Positions 40,217 through 50,549 of a DNA stretch of 64,000 bases are shown here, piece after piece (within the stretch, counting starts at the first letter, position 1; each line of letters starts with the position of its first letter). The notes beneath the pieces were generated by a model, which was given only the letters and a program-made list of their open reading frames with translations, did no database searches and had not been told where the DNA came from. The position numbers were made by a program, and so were the translations under genes. The DNA is from a bacterium (GTDB taxonomy: Bacteria; SAR324; NAC60-12), in contig OZ242383.1 of assembly GCA_965209155.1 (NCBI GenBank), positions 2,944,001-3,008,000 on the forward strand, written 5' to 3'.

Positions 40217-40606
40217 TCACTGGATTTCGATAGTTGCACCAGCAGCTTCCAGTTTTTCTTTGATTTCGTCTGCTTCGGCTTTAGGAATTCCTTCTTTGAC
40301 AGGTTTCGGCGCCGATTCGACGAATTCTTTGGCTTCTTTCAATCCCAGACCGGTTAGGGCACGAACCTCTTTAATAACATTGATCTTTTTTTCTCCAAAG
40401 GAGGAGAGGATCACGTTGAATTCATCCTTTTCTTCTTCCGTCTCTCCCGCTGCTTCGCTTTCTCCGGCAACGGGAACCCCGACGGTGGTGGCAGCAGCGG
40501 CACTGACTCCAAATTTTTCTTCCAACTCTTTAATCATCTCCGATAATTCCAGAACGGACATACCGGAGATAAAATCAATGACTTGTTCTTTGTTGATTTC
40601 AGTCAT
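40217..40606 (-). CDS. rplL: 50S ribosomal protein L7/L12
   Basis: [31 protein letters not shown]. Confidence 0.98.
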   Translation of the reverse strand: MTEINKEQVIDFISGMSVLELSEMIKELEEKFGVSAAAATTVGVPVAGESEAAGETEEEKDEFNVILSSFGEKKINVIKEVRALTGLGLKEAKEFVESAPKPVKEGIPKAEADEIKEKLEAAGATIEIQ

Positions 40607-40618
40607 GGTTATTCCTTT

Positions 40619-41155
40619 TCATGAATCGTTTTTTTTCGCATCCGCAAGTGCGGACAATGTACGGACAAATTTCGCCGGTATCTCATTGAGAGTATGCACA
40701 AATTGAGAGATGGGGGCATTGAACAAGAAGAGCAATTTTGCCAGCAACTCATCTTTGGAGGGCAAGTCAGCCAAAGCATCGACCTCCTCCGGCTTCAGCA
40801 AAGAGACCTTCCCGTTGCTGCGCAACAAACCCAGTTTGATTTGCAATGATTCATTGTTTTTGGCAAATCCACTGACAACTTTAGCCGGACCAATTGCATT
40901 TTCGTAACTGAAGACTAATGCGCGTGTTTCCAAAAACTGATCTTTCATTTTTTCGAAAGGAGTTCCTTCCAGGGCAATGATGGCCAACGTATTTTTCACA
41001 ATGCGCATATTGGAACCTGATTGCTTGAGTTCCTTACGTAACTCTACCGATTTGTTGGCCGACAATCCCTTGGGATCCACTAAAACGGCTGATGCAATGC
41101 TTCCGAATAACTCTTTCAGCTCAGCCACAATAGCTTCTTTGGTTGATCTTTCCAC
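40619..41155 (-). CDS. rplJ: 50S ribosomal protein L10
   Basis: LRKELK..VKNTL, LPSKDELLAKL; position between rplA and rplL. Confidence 0.96.
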   Translation of the reverse strand: MERSTKEAIVAELKELFGSIASAVLVDPKGLSANKSVELRKELKQSGSNMRIVKNTLAIIALEGTPFEKMKDQFLETRALVFSYENAIGPAKVVSGFAKNNESLQIKLGLLRSNGKVSLLKPEEVDALADLPSKDELLAKLLFLFNAPISQFVHTLNEIPAKFVRTLSALADAKKNDS

Positions 41156-41264
41156 TCTACCTCACAACGTAAAAAGAGTTCTGATTTCTGAACAAAATCC
41201 AACTCTGGTTAAATCACGATAAATACTGGGATTGACGAAGAAATAGAAAGAAATATCGGAAGGA

Positions 41265-41330
41265 CAATTTCTGTCTCGGCGGGGTTTTTTTTAAGCCTTC
41301 AGAACAAAGACCCCTGCTGTCTTCGACAAT
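41265..41330 (-). promoter_or_regulatory. Ribosomal protein L10 leader RNA
   Basis: Minus strand GAAGACAGCAGGGG...CCCCGCCGAGAC upstream of rplJ. Confidence 0.6.
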
Positions 41331-41434
41331 CGTTTAATGAATTGATACGATTTTGGCCCCGGCGAAGTGAGGCGTACTGTTGAGAATTTGATTTTTGTTG
41401 ATTTTCACTCCTCTTGAAGGGTTACCAGGTAGAG

Positions 41435-42127
41435 CTATTGGTTCACAGAAACTTTTAACCCAGGCCCCATAGTCGAGCTGACGGAAATGTTTTTGAGATA
41501 GACACCTTTGGATGTCGAGGGTTTCAAACGTATCACCGTGTCAACAAAGGTTTTTATGTTGTCTGTGAGTTTATCTGTTGTGAAAGAAACTTTGCCCACC
41601 GGGATATGAAGATTCCCTTTTTTATCCACTTTAAACTCTACTTGACCAGCCTTGATACTTTTGATGACATTTGTTAGTTCGAATGTGACGGTTCCCACTT
41701 TTGGATTGGGCATCAGTCCACGTGGTCCCAGGATTCTTCCCAATTTTCCGACCATGGCCATCATGTCCGGGGTTGCTACCACGCGATCGAACTCAAACCA
41801 ACCTTCCTCCTGGATTTTTTTGACGAATTCTTCTCCCCCCACGTGATCAGCTCCTGCGTCACGGGCCTCGAGTTCTTTCTCTCCTTTGGCAAAGACCAGA
41901 ACTCGCACTTCTTTCCCCAATCCATGGGGTAACGCGCAAGTGCCTCTCACCATTTGATCTGCTTTTCGAGGATCAACACCCAAACGGATCGCCACATCCA
42001 CAGTTTCATCAAATCGGGTGGTTTTGACTCCTTTGATTAAATCCAAGGCATTTTCCAAGGGATATACCTGCGTTTTGTTTACTTTTTCCTGGATCACCCT
42101 GTTGCGTTTCGTTCTTTTTTTCATCAA
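41435..42127 (-). CDS. rplA: 50S ribosomal protein L1
   Basis: [24 protein letters not shown]. Confidence 0.98.
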   Translation of the reverse strand: MMKKRTKRNRVIQEKVNKTQVYPLENALDLIKGVKTTRFDETVDVAIRLGVDPRKADQMVRGTCALPHGLGKEVRVLVFAKGEKELEARDAGADHVGGEEFVKKIQEEGWFEFDRVVATPDMMAMVGKLGRILGPRGLMPNPKVGTVTFELTNVIKSIKAGQVEFKVDKKGNLHIPVGKVSFTTDKLTDNIKTFVDTVIRLKPSTSKGVYLKNISVSSTMGPGLKVSVNQ

Positions 42128-42190
42128 GCCCTTGATTCTTAAATTCGACAGAATTTTATTGTTTAACAGTTTCGAATGAATTATTCAAGA

Positions 42191-42613
42191 TTATCCTTCT
42201 AATTCAACTCCCATGTTCTGAGCAGTTCCTGCAATGATTCGTTTGGCAGCATCAATGTCATAGCAATTCAAATCCGGCATTTTGATTTTTGCAATTTCTT
42301 CCAGTTGATCCTGTGATAAGGTTCCTACTTTGGCTGTATTAGGAGTAGAGGAGCCTTTTTCGAGTTTGAGCGCTTGCTTGATCAAGACCGCGGCAGGAGG
42401 CGTTTTCATTATGTATGTGAAAGAGCGATCTGAAAAAACCGTAATAATGACCGGAATGATGGTATCCTGCCCTTGAGTTTGCGCGTTGAAACTCTTGCAA
42501 AACTCCATGATATTGACCCCATGCTGACCCAAAGCAGGGCCGATAGGCGGAGAAGGATTCGCTTTTCCTGCGGGAACCTGCAATTTGATATATGCCATTA
42601 CTTTTTTTGCCAT
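42191..42613 (-). CDS. rplK: 50S ribosomal protein L11
   Basis: [23 protein letters not shown]. Confidence 0.98.
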   Translation of the reverse strand: MAKKVMAYIKLQVPAGKANPSPPIGPALGQHGVNIMEFCKSFNAQTQGQDTIIPVIITVFSDRSFTYIMKTPPAAVLIKQALKLEKGSSTPNTAKVGTLSQDQLEEIAKIKMPDLNCYDIDAAKRIIAGTAQNMGVELEG

Positions 42614-42640
42614 TATTTCTACCAGGAATGGTTGGTTACT

Positions 42641-43318
42641 TCATAAACTTTTTACTTTGTCAAATTCAATTTCGACGGGAGTGGGACGTCCAAAAATACT
42701 GACCAGTACTTTCAGTTTGCGTTTTTCACGATTGATTTCATCAATGGTTCCGTTGAAATTACTGAAAGGACCTTCTGAAATCATCACTTTTTGACCCATG
42801 ACATATTCTTCCTCTAAAACGGATTGCTGGACGCCGCTATCAATTTGCTGCACGATCTTTTCCAGCTCTTTATCGTCAAGAGGCAGGGGATTTTTTTGAG
42901 TGCCTCCGACAAATCCGGAAATCCGGGGAGTGTTCATCAGCAAATGCCAAAGCTCCGGTGTCAAATTAGCATGGATGAGAATATAGCCCGGAAAATATTT
43001 CTGATTGATCGTTTGGTGTTTACCTCCTTTGGTTTTGGTAACTTTTTCTGAAGGAATGAATATTTGCTGTACAAGGTGTTCTAATTTTTCAATGCGCAGT
43101 TTTTCTCGAATCGTCTTTTCTACCCGGCTTTCATATTGCGCATAAGCCTGGAGGATATACCATTTGTAATTCGGGTCTCTCTGTTTTTCTTCAGGGACTG
43201 TTCCGTAAGCAACCGTTTCAGCAAGAATTCCTTCAGGAAGCGATTCTTCCGAGATGAGTTTTTCAGTTACGTCTCTACTCTGCGCAAATGCTTGTTCTGC
43301 TGTTTTTTCTTCAGACAT
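42641..43318 (-). CDS. nusG: Transcription elongation factor NusG (N-terminally extended)
   Basis: KWYILQ, FPGYIL, GPFSNFNG, IFGRPTPVE. Confidence 0.96.
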   Translation of the reverse strand: MSEEKTAEQAFAQSRDVTEKLISEESLPEGILAETVAYGTVPEEKQRDPNYKWYILQAYAQYESRVEKTIREKLRIEKLEHLVQQIFIPSEKVTKTKGGKHQTINQKYFPGYILIHANLTPELWHLLMNTPRISGFVGGTQKNPLPLDDKELEKIVQQIDSGVQQSVLEEEYVMGQKVMISEGPFSNFNGTIDEINREKRKLKVLVSIFGRPTPVEIEFDKVKSL

Positions 43319-43327
43319 TGCCGAGTC

Positions 43328-43516
43328 TCAAATAGAAATAATCAATTGCATCAGCTCAGACAATCCCAAATCCACAATTCCCAAAAAAATAGAAATGGTG
43401 ATGGTCACACCAAGGACCACGTAGGTCGATTTAATAGTGGCTTCTCGAGTTGGCCATTGCACCCGCTTGAACTCGGAGCGGACATCTTCTAAAAATTGCC
43501 TTATTCTTTTAAACAT
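43328..43516 (-). CDS. secE: Preprotein translocase SecE
   Basis: EFKRVQWPTRE followed by a TM helix. Confidence 0.95.
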   Translation of the reverse strand: MFKRIRQFLEDVRSEFKRVQWPTREATIKSTYVVLGVTITISIFLGIVDLGLSELMQLIISI

Positions 43517-43582
43517 TTTTTCTTCTCTAATCCCTGTCTTTCCTTTTTCTGAAATACTTTTATTACAGAAAAATGGAGATGA

Positions 43583-43658
43583 TGGCAGGCCAGACAGGAA
43601 TCGAACCTGCGACCCTCGGTTTTGGAGACCGATGCTCTGCCAGCTGAGCTACTGGCCT
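43583..43658 (-). tRNA. tRNA-Trp(CCA)
   Basis: AGGCCAGTAGCTCAG...CTCCAAA...GTTCGATTC...GCCA cloverleaf. Confidence 0.96.
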
Positions 43659-43687
43659 GTTTTTTTAAGTCCTCACCTGGGAGAATC

Positions 43688-43852
43688 CTATTTGGTTTCC
43701 TTGTGCAGCGTGTGGCGACGATCCCACTTGCAATACTTCATAATTTCCATACGGCTTTGCTTCAGGCTTTTGTTACGTGAAGCCGTATAATTCTTACGAT
43801 TGCATTCTTTGCATTCGAGTTGAATGATATCTCGTTTGCCTTTTCCTGCCAT
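43688..43852 (-). CDS. rpmG: 50S ribosomal protein L33
   Basis: MAGKGKRDIIQLECKEC..KYCKWDRRHTLHKETK; start reassigned to ATG 43852 after GAGG. Confidence 0.95.
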   Translation of the reverse strand: MAGKGKRDIIQLECKECNRKNYTASRNKSLKQSRMEIMKYCKWDRRHTLHKETK

Positions 43853-43867
43853 AATATCCTCTTCAAT

Positions 43868-43942
43868 TGGAGCCTGGGAGCAGGATTGAACTGCCGACCT
43901 CTTCCTTACCAAGGAAACGCTCTACCACTGAGCTACCCAGGC
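43868..43942 (-). tRNA. tRNA-Thr(GGT)
   Basis: GCCTGGGTAGCTCAG...TTGGTAA...GTTCAATCC...CTCCA. Confidence 0.95.
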
Positions 43943-44051
43943 CTATCTGCATTTCTTGTTGATCAAACGATCGAATCTTCGCCCCTTGTTGACCGGCCAA
44001 GATTGCCCCAGACTCAGATGTTTTAATAGATTGGTCTTTCGTGCGCATATG

Positions 44052-44136
44052 TGGTGGGGAGAGAAGGAGTCGAACCTTCGAAGGCTTCGCCGTCAGATTT
44101 ACAGTCTGATCCCTTTGACCACTCGGGAATCTCCCC
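44052..44136 (-). tRNA. tRNA-Tyr(GTA)
   Basis: GGGGAGATTCCCGAGTGG...CTGTAAA..., long variable arm, CCA end. Confidence 0.96.
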
Positions 44137-44198
44137 AATATTCAGACTTAAGAATGGTTCCCTTTTCGCCCGGCAATCAATCAACCTTGCTTTTTAAC

Positions 44199-44274
44199 TG
44201 GAGCTGGCAAAGGGACTTGAACCCACAACCTGCTGATTACAAATCAGCTGCTCTACCAATTGAGCTATGCCAGC
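44199..44274 (-). tRNA. tRNA-Thr(TGT)
   Basis: GCTGGCATAGCTCAATTGG...TTTGTAA...GTTCAAGTC...CTCCA. Confidence 0.96.
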
Positions 44275-44336
44275 AAAACGGATAAATTATACTAAAAATT
44301 TTATTTTGTCAAACAAAAAAAGAATTTCTTGACTCT

Positions 44337-45848
44337 TTATATTTCAAGATGGCCTCCTATGTACGCCATCAATCCACGGGCCGAGGTAAATCCGACTGGT
44401 TTTCCATCGTCTAGAACGGGAAGATGGTGCGTTCCGGCAATCACCATCTGATTTAAGGCAAATGCAATGGAATCCTTTTGATCCACACACAGTGGATCGG
44501 TGCGCATCAATTGGGAAACAGGAAGGGATTTCAAATCCAAACCATTTCCAATAATTTTTTCGATGATATCCTCATCTGTAAAAATCCCGATCAGTTTTCC
44601 CTCATCATGCACGTGAACGCAGCCATAATTTTTTCCCAACATCAGTTCGATTGCATGGGCTACACTGTCTGAAGGTGCAACCACCAAAGCTTGCGGAGGC
44701 TTGAGGGCACTGATGGGTTTTTCCATGAGATCTTTTTGTTCACCCCTGGGAATGTCCGGGAATATATCAATGTCCTGCAAATCAAAATCATCTTCCATTT
44801 CCTGACCCACTTTGATCGCCGAGATTTCCCAGACTTGACCGCTGTTAAGCAATTGTCGCAAATCGCCTTGACCTTTTGTAGCCAGCTGATTTTCCACTTT
44901 GATAGCGAGTAAATCTTCGTAGGTATCCCGTTCTTTTTGATAAATTATTCCCATGGGAACCGGAAATTCTGGAAAATTCAACTGACTTAGCAGTTCTGCT
45001 TCCATTGCATCACTTACATCATGGACAATCAACTCTTCTTCACTTATTCCATTGCCCAATGTGACTACCTCTGGTGTGAGCCGGTTGAGACGGATTCCTT
45101 TGTCTCGATTTTTTCCAAAGACGAGTGGTTCCCCGTGTTCCAGCTTTAGCATCCGTTCTTCGCGTACCGCACGGTCACTCATATAATCAAAGGCATTGTC
45201 ATTGAAAATATTGCAATTTTGGTAGATTTCCACAAAAGAAGTGCCTTTATGCGCAGGTACGGCTTTGAGGATGCTTTGCAATCCTTTGGGATCGACATCG
45301 AGACTGCGAGCTACGAAAGATGCTCCGGAAGCTAATGCCAACCGAGTGGGCTCCAAAGGAAAATCAACAGATCCGAACGGAGTGCTTTTGGTGTTTTTTC
45401 CCAATTCAGAAGTGGGAGAATACTGTCCTTTTGTCAGGCCGTAGATGCGATTGTTGAAAAGCAAAATATTAACGTCAACATTGCGGCGCATGATATGAAT
45501 CAGGTGATTGCCTCCAATGCTCAATCCGTCGCCGTCCCCGGTTACTACCCAAACGGAGAGATCGGGACGGCTTATTTTCAGTCCAGTCGCGACGGCAGGA
45601 GCCCGACCGTGGATAGTATGGAACCCATAGGTATTCATATAATATGGAAAGCGGCTGGCACAACCGATTCCTGAAATAAAGACGATTTTTTCTCGAGGGA
45701 CACCGATCTCCGGCATTACTTTCTGGACATTTGCCAGAATGGAATAATCGCCACATCCCGGGCACCAACGGACGTTTTGATCGGAAACAAAATCTGCTTT
45801 GCTTAGCTTCTTCACTTCTTGTGGTTGCACATGAACGCTCATTAACAT
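44337..45848 (-). CDS. 2-oxoacid:ferredoxin oxidoreductase beta subunit fused to a C-terminal CBS pair
   Basis: WCPGCGD, SGIGC, GDGDGLSIGGNH, YGLTKGQYSPT; C-terminal ~140 aa CBS-like (GKLIGIFTDED, HHLPVLDDGKPVG). Confidence 0.92.
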   Translation of the reverse strand: MLMSVHVQPQEVKKLSKADFVSDQNVRWCPGCGDYSILANVQKVMPEIGVPREKIVFISGIGCASRFPYYMNTYGFHTIHGRAPAVATGLKISRPDLSVWVVTGDGDGLSIGGNHLIHIMRRNVDVNILLFNNRIYGLTKGQYSPTSELGKNTKSTPFGSVDFPLEPTRLALASGASFVARSLDVDPKGLQSILKAVPAHKGTSFVEIYQNCNIFNDNAFDYMSDRAVREERMLKLEHGEPLVFGKNRDKGIRLNRLTPEVVTLGNGISEEELIVHDVSDAMEAELLSQLNFPEFPVPMGIIYQKERDTYEDLLAIKVENQLATKGQGDLRQLLNSGQVWEISAIKVGQEMEDDFDLQDIDIFPDIPRGEQKDLMEKPISALKPPQALVVAPSDSVAHAIELMLGKNYGCVHVHDEGKLIGIFTDEDIIEKIIGNGLDLKSLPVSQLMRTDPLCVDQKDSIAFALNQMVIAGTHHLPVLDDGKPVGFTSARGLMAYIGGHLEI

Positions 45849-45851
45849 TCC

Positions 45852-47732
45852 TCACAATAATTCAAGAATACGGTTTTGTAACTCGGAAACCAGAAAGGGT
45901 TTCCCTTGTACTTTGTTGAAGGGAATCGCATCAATCAAGAACTGAGATCTCAATAATTGACAAAGTTGTCCCAGATTCAACTCGGGGACCAGTACCTTTT
46001 TATAGTTTTTCAATAGCGTCTTCAAATTCTCCTGGAATGGGTTGAGATAGCGCAAATGCACGGAGGCGACTGCTTTTCCTTCAGCTTGAAGCGCTTCTAC
46101 TGCAGAAATAACAGATCCATATGTACCACCCCAACTCAAAACAAGAAGGTCGCCTTGTTTGGGTCCATGAACTCGAAGGGGGGGCAAATCTTTGGCAATT
46201 CCTTTGATTTTGGCTGCCCGGATGTCAACCATTTTTTGATGATTGAGGGGATCATAGCTCACATTTCCTGTTTCACTATCCTTTTCCAATCCACCCAAAC
46301 GATGTTCCAGTCCTGGTGTTCCGGGAACAGCCCAAACGCGCGCTAAAGTTTCCGTATCTCGCAGGTAGGGTGTAAATCCTTCGGATTCAGTATGAAAAGT
46401 GGGCTCTAAATTGGGCAGTTCTTCGATTTCTGGTAACATCCAGGGTTCTGCGCCATTTGCCAGGTAGCCATCACTCAATACCATCACCGGGGTCATGTAT
46501 TTCAAAGCCAGTCGATAAGCATCCAACATGATATAGAAACAATCTCCCGGAGTTTGCGGGGCAATCACTACGATGGGACATTCTCCATGCCGGCCATTGA
46601 GAGCCATTAGCAAATCGGCCTGTTCGGTTTTAGTCGGCATACCGGTGGAAGGCCCTGCCCGTTGCACATCAATCACGACCAAGGGTAATTCGGCAGCAAC
46701 AGCCAAACTGATGCCTTCTCCTTTTAGTAAAATCCCCGGACCGCTGGAAGTCGTTAAGCCCAGGACTCCTCCGAATGCGGCACCAATGGTCGCGCAAATG
46801 GCAGAAATTTCATCCTCGGCTTGAAAGGTTTTTATACCAAAATTTTGATACCTGGACAATTCATGGAGAATATCAGAAGCGGGCGTGATGGGATAAGACG
46901 AGAGCAGCAAAGGACGTTTGGCTTGCACGGAGGCTGCCACGCATCCCAGCGCAAGGGCTTGGTTTCCTGTAATTTGACGATATACTCCTGAAGGAAGCGT
47001 GGCCGGTTTGACTTTGTAATGCTCGGCAAATTCCATGGTGATGCCATAGTTATAACCCGCTTTGAGGGCCAGCTGATTGGCTTGGCTGATCAGGGGGAAT
47101 TTGCTGAATTTCGTCTCGATCCAATTCAGGGTGTGCTCCATTGGTCGATCAAACAACCAGAAGACCACCCCCAAGGCAAATAGATTTTTACATCGTTCCG
47201 CCTGACGCTTGGATAGTCCTGCCTCTTCCACTGCTTTTAAGGTGAGGGAACTCAAAGGTACTTCGTACACTCGAAAGTCATTCAGAGCATCTGATTCGAG
47301 GGGATTTTCTGCGTAGCTAGCTTTTCTCAGATCGTTTTCGGAAAAATTGTCAGAGTTGATAATCAGAATTCCTCCCTTTTCCAGGTCCGAAAGATTGACT
47401 CGCAAGGCGGCGGGATTCATGGCCACCAGCACATCAACCCTGTCTCCAACGGTGTGAATATCGTGGTGGGAGAAGCTGACCTGGAATCCGGAAACCCCCG
47501 GCAAAGTTCCGGCTGGAGCACGAATTTCAGCGGGAAAATCAGGAAACGTACTGACATCATTACCAGACAGTGCAGATGTGACTGTAAACTGGTCCCCCGT
47601 GAGTTGCATACCGTCCCCGGAATCTCCAGCAAAATGGACAGTGATGGTTTCACGTTCCTGACGCACCACCGAAGATCGGGCGAGCGCTGTTTGTTCCATT
47701 TTTACCTTTTGTGAACCAATATTATAACTCAT
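45852..47732 (-). CDS. 2-oxoacid:ferredoxin oxidoreductase alpha subunit (gamma-alpha fusion)
   Basis: AGDSGDGMQLTG, YPITPAS, QAEDEI, QRAGPSTGMPTK. Confidence 0.95.
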   Translation of the reverse strand: MSYNIGSQKVKMEQTALARSSVVRQERETITVHFAGDSGDGMQLTGDQFTVTSALSGNDVSTFPDFPAEIRAPAGTLPGVSGFQVSFSHHDIHTVGDRVDVLVAMNPAALRVNLSDLEKGGILIINSDNFSENDLRKASYAENPLESDALNDFRVYEVPLSSLTLKAVEEAGLSKRQAERCKNLFALGVVFWLFDRPMEHTLNWIETKFSKFPLISQANQLALKAGYNYGITMEFAEHYKVKPATLPSGVYRQITGNQALALGCVAASVQAKRPLLLSSYPITPASDILHELSRYQNFGIKTFQAEDEISAICATIGAAFGGVLGLTTSSGPGILLKGEGISLAVAAELPLVVIDVQRAGPSTGMPTKTEQADLLMALNGRHGECPIVVIAPQTPGDCFYIMLDAYRLALKYMTPVMVLSDGYLANGAEPWMLPEIEELPNLEPTFHTESEGFTPYLRDTETLARVWAVPGTPGLEHRLGGLEKDSETGNVSYDPLNHQKMVDIRAAKIKGIAKDLPPLRVHGPKQGDLLVLSWGGTYGSVISAVEALQAEGKAVASVHLRYLNPFQENLKTLLKNYKKVLVPELNLGQLCQLLRSQFLIDAIPFNKVQGKPFLVSELQNRILELL

Positions 47733-47756
47733 GATGAAAGGTTTAAATTTATCGGT

Positions 47757-48233
47757 TTATGCACCGTCAGGAGATGAACTGACTTGGTGTGGATCAGGAG
47801 GAAGATTATAGATGGCTGCAGGAAAATAAGTCGCAATATGGCTGATCAAAGCCCGTATTGTAGCCACCCCTACCATTTTTCCATCTTCATCCACGATGGG
47901 TAATGCCAGCCGATTTTCCTTATTCAACAAATCAATCGCTTCCTGCAGAGTTGTTTTGAGCATCAAAGTTTGGGGATTGGGTACCATGATGGTTTCCACT
48001 GCGTTATTCAAATCGACATCAGAGAGAGCCAAATTGCGCATGGCTACACGCTGGGTCAGGATACCTATCGGTTTACCCCGTTCAACTACAATCGTGGTTT
48101 GAATGCCAGGACCCTCCCTCATTTTTTCTATAGTCTGTGATATGGAGGTGGATTTTTCCACGATTACGCAAGAATCCAGTTCGATATGCCGGAGCTGTTG
48201 AGATTGAAGAATATTTTTGATATCCGTCGTCAT
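47757..48233 (-). CDS. CBS domain protein
   Basis: GKPIGILT, LPIVDEDGKMVG; C-terminal YNLPPDP. Confidence 0.88.
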   Translation of the reverse strand: MTTDIKNILQSQQLRHIELDSCVIVEKSTSISQTIEKMREGPGIQTTIVVERGKPIGILTQRVAMRNLALSDVDLNNAVETIMVPNPQTLMLKTTLQEAIDLLNKENRLALPIVDEDGKMVGVATIRALISHIATYFPAAIYNLPPDPHQVSSSPDGA

Positions 48234-48522
48234 ATAAAGAATGGATTGGGTAACACCTGGCAGAGGTGAATTTTTTCTTGGGTTTCCAAACCTTGCTAAA
48301 AAAATACTCTCTTCAAGGAGGTCACAATGCGCTCTGTTTGAGCTCGATTATTGATATTATCAATTTCAATTGCAAAAGACAATTTATTTGTAATTTACCG
48401 ATAATACTGTGAAGTCTCAGAAAATTCTTGAGGTTTACAAACCTGAAAATCAGCCACATTCTTGGCATCGGTCTTTTCGAAGATCAATGGGGTCATTCAA
48501 TAATTTCAGTTAAAATCTGGAA

Positions 48523-49464
48523 TCAGCTGACTTGGCCAATGGGTGGAAATCCGTGTTGTTCCCGGTGGTATTGCGAATCGAAAAACTGCGTGCTTTTGAA
48601 CCACTCGTGTCGACCGTCGGATGCTTCCTTGTAGACGCTATTCAGCAGTTCTTCTTGCTTTCCCTTTGTGATTGGCGAATAGTTACGCGCGATTTGTATA
48701 TCTTGATTTAAATTTTCCTGCGATTCAATACCACAAACGAGGGTGCTGATGGGTAGAGACAGGGCATAACCTCGACATTGTTCGGCAGTTAATCCGAGTT
48801 CAGTAGTTAGTTGTCCCCGCCCTCCAAGACTTTTCATACCAATCGCCCCAATATTTCTACGGTTCAGTTCTGGTAGAATTTCATTTTGAAAACTGCGGTA
48901 ATGAGCATCCAATAGGTTGATGGGTAACTGGCAGGTGTCCCAATCAAAGTCTTTTACGAGCATTTCCTTCAAGATGTGTGGACTTTTGTGCCCCGTGAAT
49001 CCGATGAATCGTATTTTCCCTGCCTGACGAGCCCTCGATGCCGCCTCCAAGGCTCCACCGACCCGGAAAATCCATTCCGGATCATTGTCGTAATTGATCT
49101 CGTGAAATTGCCAGATATCGATGACATCCGTTTGCAGCCGATGCAAACTGTCGTGCAATTGCGCTTCCGCTGTATTGCGGTCACGCCCGCAGACCTTAGT
49201 CATTAACGTGACTTGGTCTCGACGGCCTTTCAGTGCCATTCCCATCCGGCGCTCTGATTCGCCTTGATGGTATTCCCAGGCATTGTCCATGAAAGTCACA
49301 CCTGCGTCGATGGCTCTCTGGATCAACCTTATTGATGCTTGTTCGTCGAGATGAGGCCTTACAAAGTGACCACCGCCGAATCCGATAATCGAGACCTTCA
49401 ACCCCGTCTTTCCCAGCTCACGGATTGGTAATCCCGCTGCATTTCGTTCCAGTGCCTGTATCAT
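48523..49464 (-). CDS. Aldo/keto reductase
   Basis: LGKTGLKVSIIGFGG, DNAWEY, LMTK, GKIRFIGFTGH. Confidence 0.93.
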   Translation of the reverse strand: MIQALERNAAGLPIRELGKTGLKVSIIGFGGGHFVRPHLDEQASIRLIQRAIDAGVTFMDNAWEYHQGESERRMGMALKGRRDQVTLMTKVCGRDRNTAEAQLHDSLHRLQTDVIDIWQFHEINYDNDPEWIFRVGGALEAASRARQAGKIRFIGFTGHKSPHILKEMLVKDFDWDTCQLPINLLDAHYRSFQNEILPELNRRNIGAIGMKSLGGRGQLTTELGLTAEQCRGYALSLPISTLVCGIESQENLNQDIQIARNYSPITKGKQEELLNSVYKEASDGRHEWFKSTQFFDSQYHREQHGFPPIGQVS

Positions 49465-49503
49465 AAGTATTGCTCCCTTTTTTATTTAAATTGAAACTCT
49501 CTT

Positions 49504-50268
49504 TTATTGTTTTATTGCAATTATCAACATTTCAAAATCATCTGTCGATAATTCGTCGTTGCGACTGAATTCACCGAGTTTTGCTCCGAATATTTCAGTC
49601 ACTTTGAAATTCAACGATTTTAAAAGCCAAGAAATTTCAGAAGGAGTATAATAACGTTCATTACATTGAATTTCTTTTTCGTTCCCTAAATCATCTTCAA
49701 CAACAGTTGTATTGTAGTCTCGAAATGTCATCAGATCAAAAGAATGATGAGCAGACCTTATTTTATCTCCTTTTTCATTTGCAGTGAAGAAATCTTCAAT
49801 GGAATGATAGAGAGGAAACAAGCCATTCAAGGTCGTAAAAATAAATTTCCCATCCGGTTTTAAGGCATTCGCAGCATTTTGAAGAATCTTAAAATTCATC
49901 TCGTCCGTCTCCATCAAAGGGAATGCACCCTCACAAAGCATGATAACCAGATCGAATGTATTGGAAAATGTTAGCATTCGGGCATCGTTTTTTTGAAACA
50001 TAATTTGCAGGTTTTGCTCACGTGCTTTTTCTCTTGCCCGTTCCAATAGTGATTCTGACAAATCGACGCCCACAACGTTATATCCTCTTTTTGCTAATTC
50101 AATTGAATGTCTTCCAGTCCCACATCCTATATCCAAGATTCTAGTGCTTTTATCGTATTTGATTTCTTTTTCAATGAAATCACATTCGCCGATGGTACCT
50201 TGAGTGAAATATTCTTGATCATATTTCAATCCGTAATTTTCAAATAGTTCTTCGTACCACTGTTTCAT
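49504..50268 (-). CDS. Class I SAM-dependent methyltransferase
   Basis: ILDIGCGTGRH, GVDLS. Confidence 0.92.
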   Translation of the reverse strand: MKQWYEELFENYGLKYDQEYFTQGTIGECDFIEKEIKYDKSTRILDIGCGTGRHSIELAKRGYNVVGVDLSESLLERAREKAREQNLQIMFQKNDARMLTFSNTFDLVIMLCEGAFPLMETDEMNFKILQNAANALKPDGKFIFTTLNGLFPLYHSIEDFFTANEKGDKIRSAHHSFDLMTFRDYNTTVVEDDLGNEKEIQCNERYYTPSEISWLLKSLNFKVTEIFGAKLGEFSRNDELSTDDFEMLIIAIKQ

Positions 50269-50549
50269 TTAATTGAACCTCATATTTTCTGAATCTCCAT
50301 TTTAATACATGGCTAAAATTGTTTTGTTAGTTTAAATTCTTCGAAAATGACAAAATATAGGTCACAATTAGTTGAACAACGTGATTGCATGACCCTGATC
50401 AAATTATTTCAATCTGCACCAGATTCATGGACAGCTAAACGTGAGCGGATCGATCGAGATCAATTTCGTCTTTCGATTCTGATTAATCGAAAAAAATAGA
50501 AGTAATCCTGCGGTTTCCTAAATCTCAGAAAATAAGGCAACTCTACCGT

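Noticed and set aside
43943..44051. tRNA-Gly at its expected position
   Set aside because: Only a hairpin; no D-arm, T-loop or CCA pattern.
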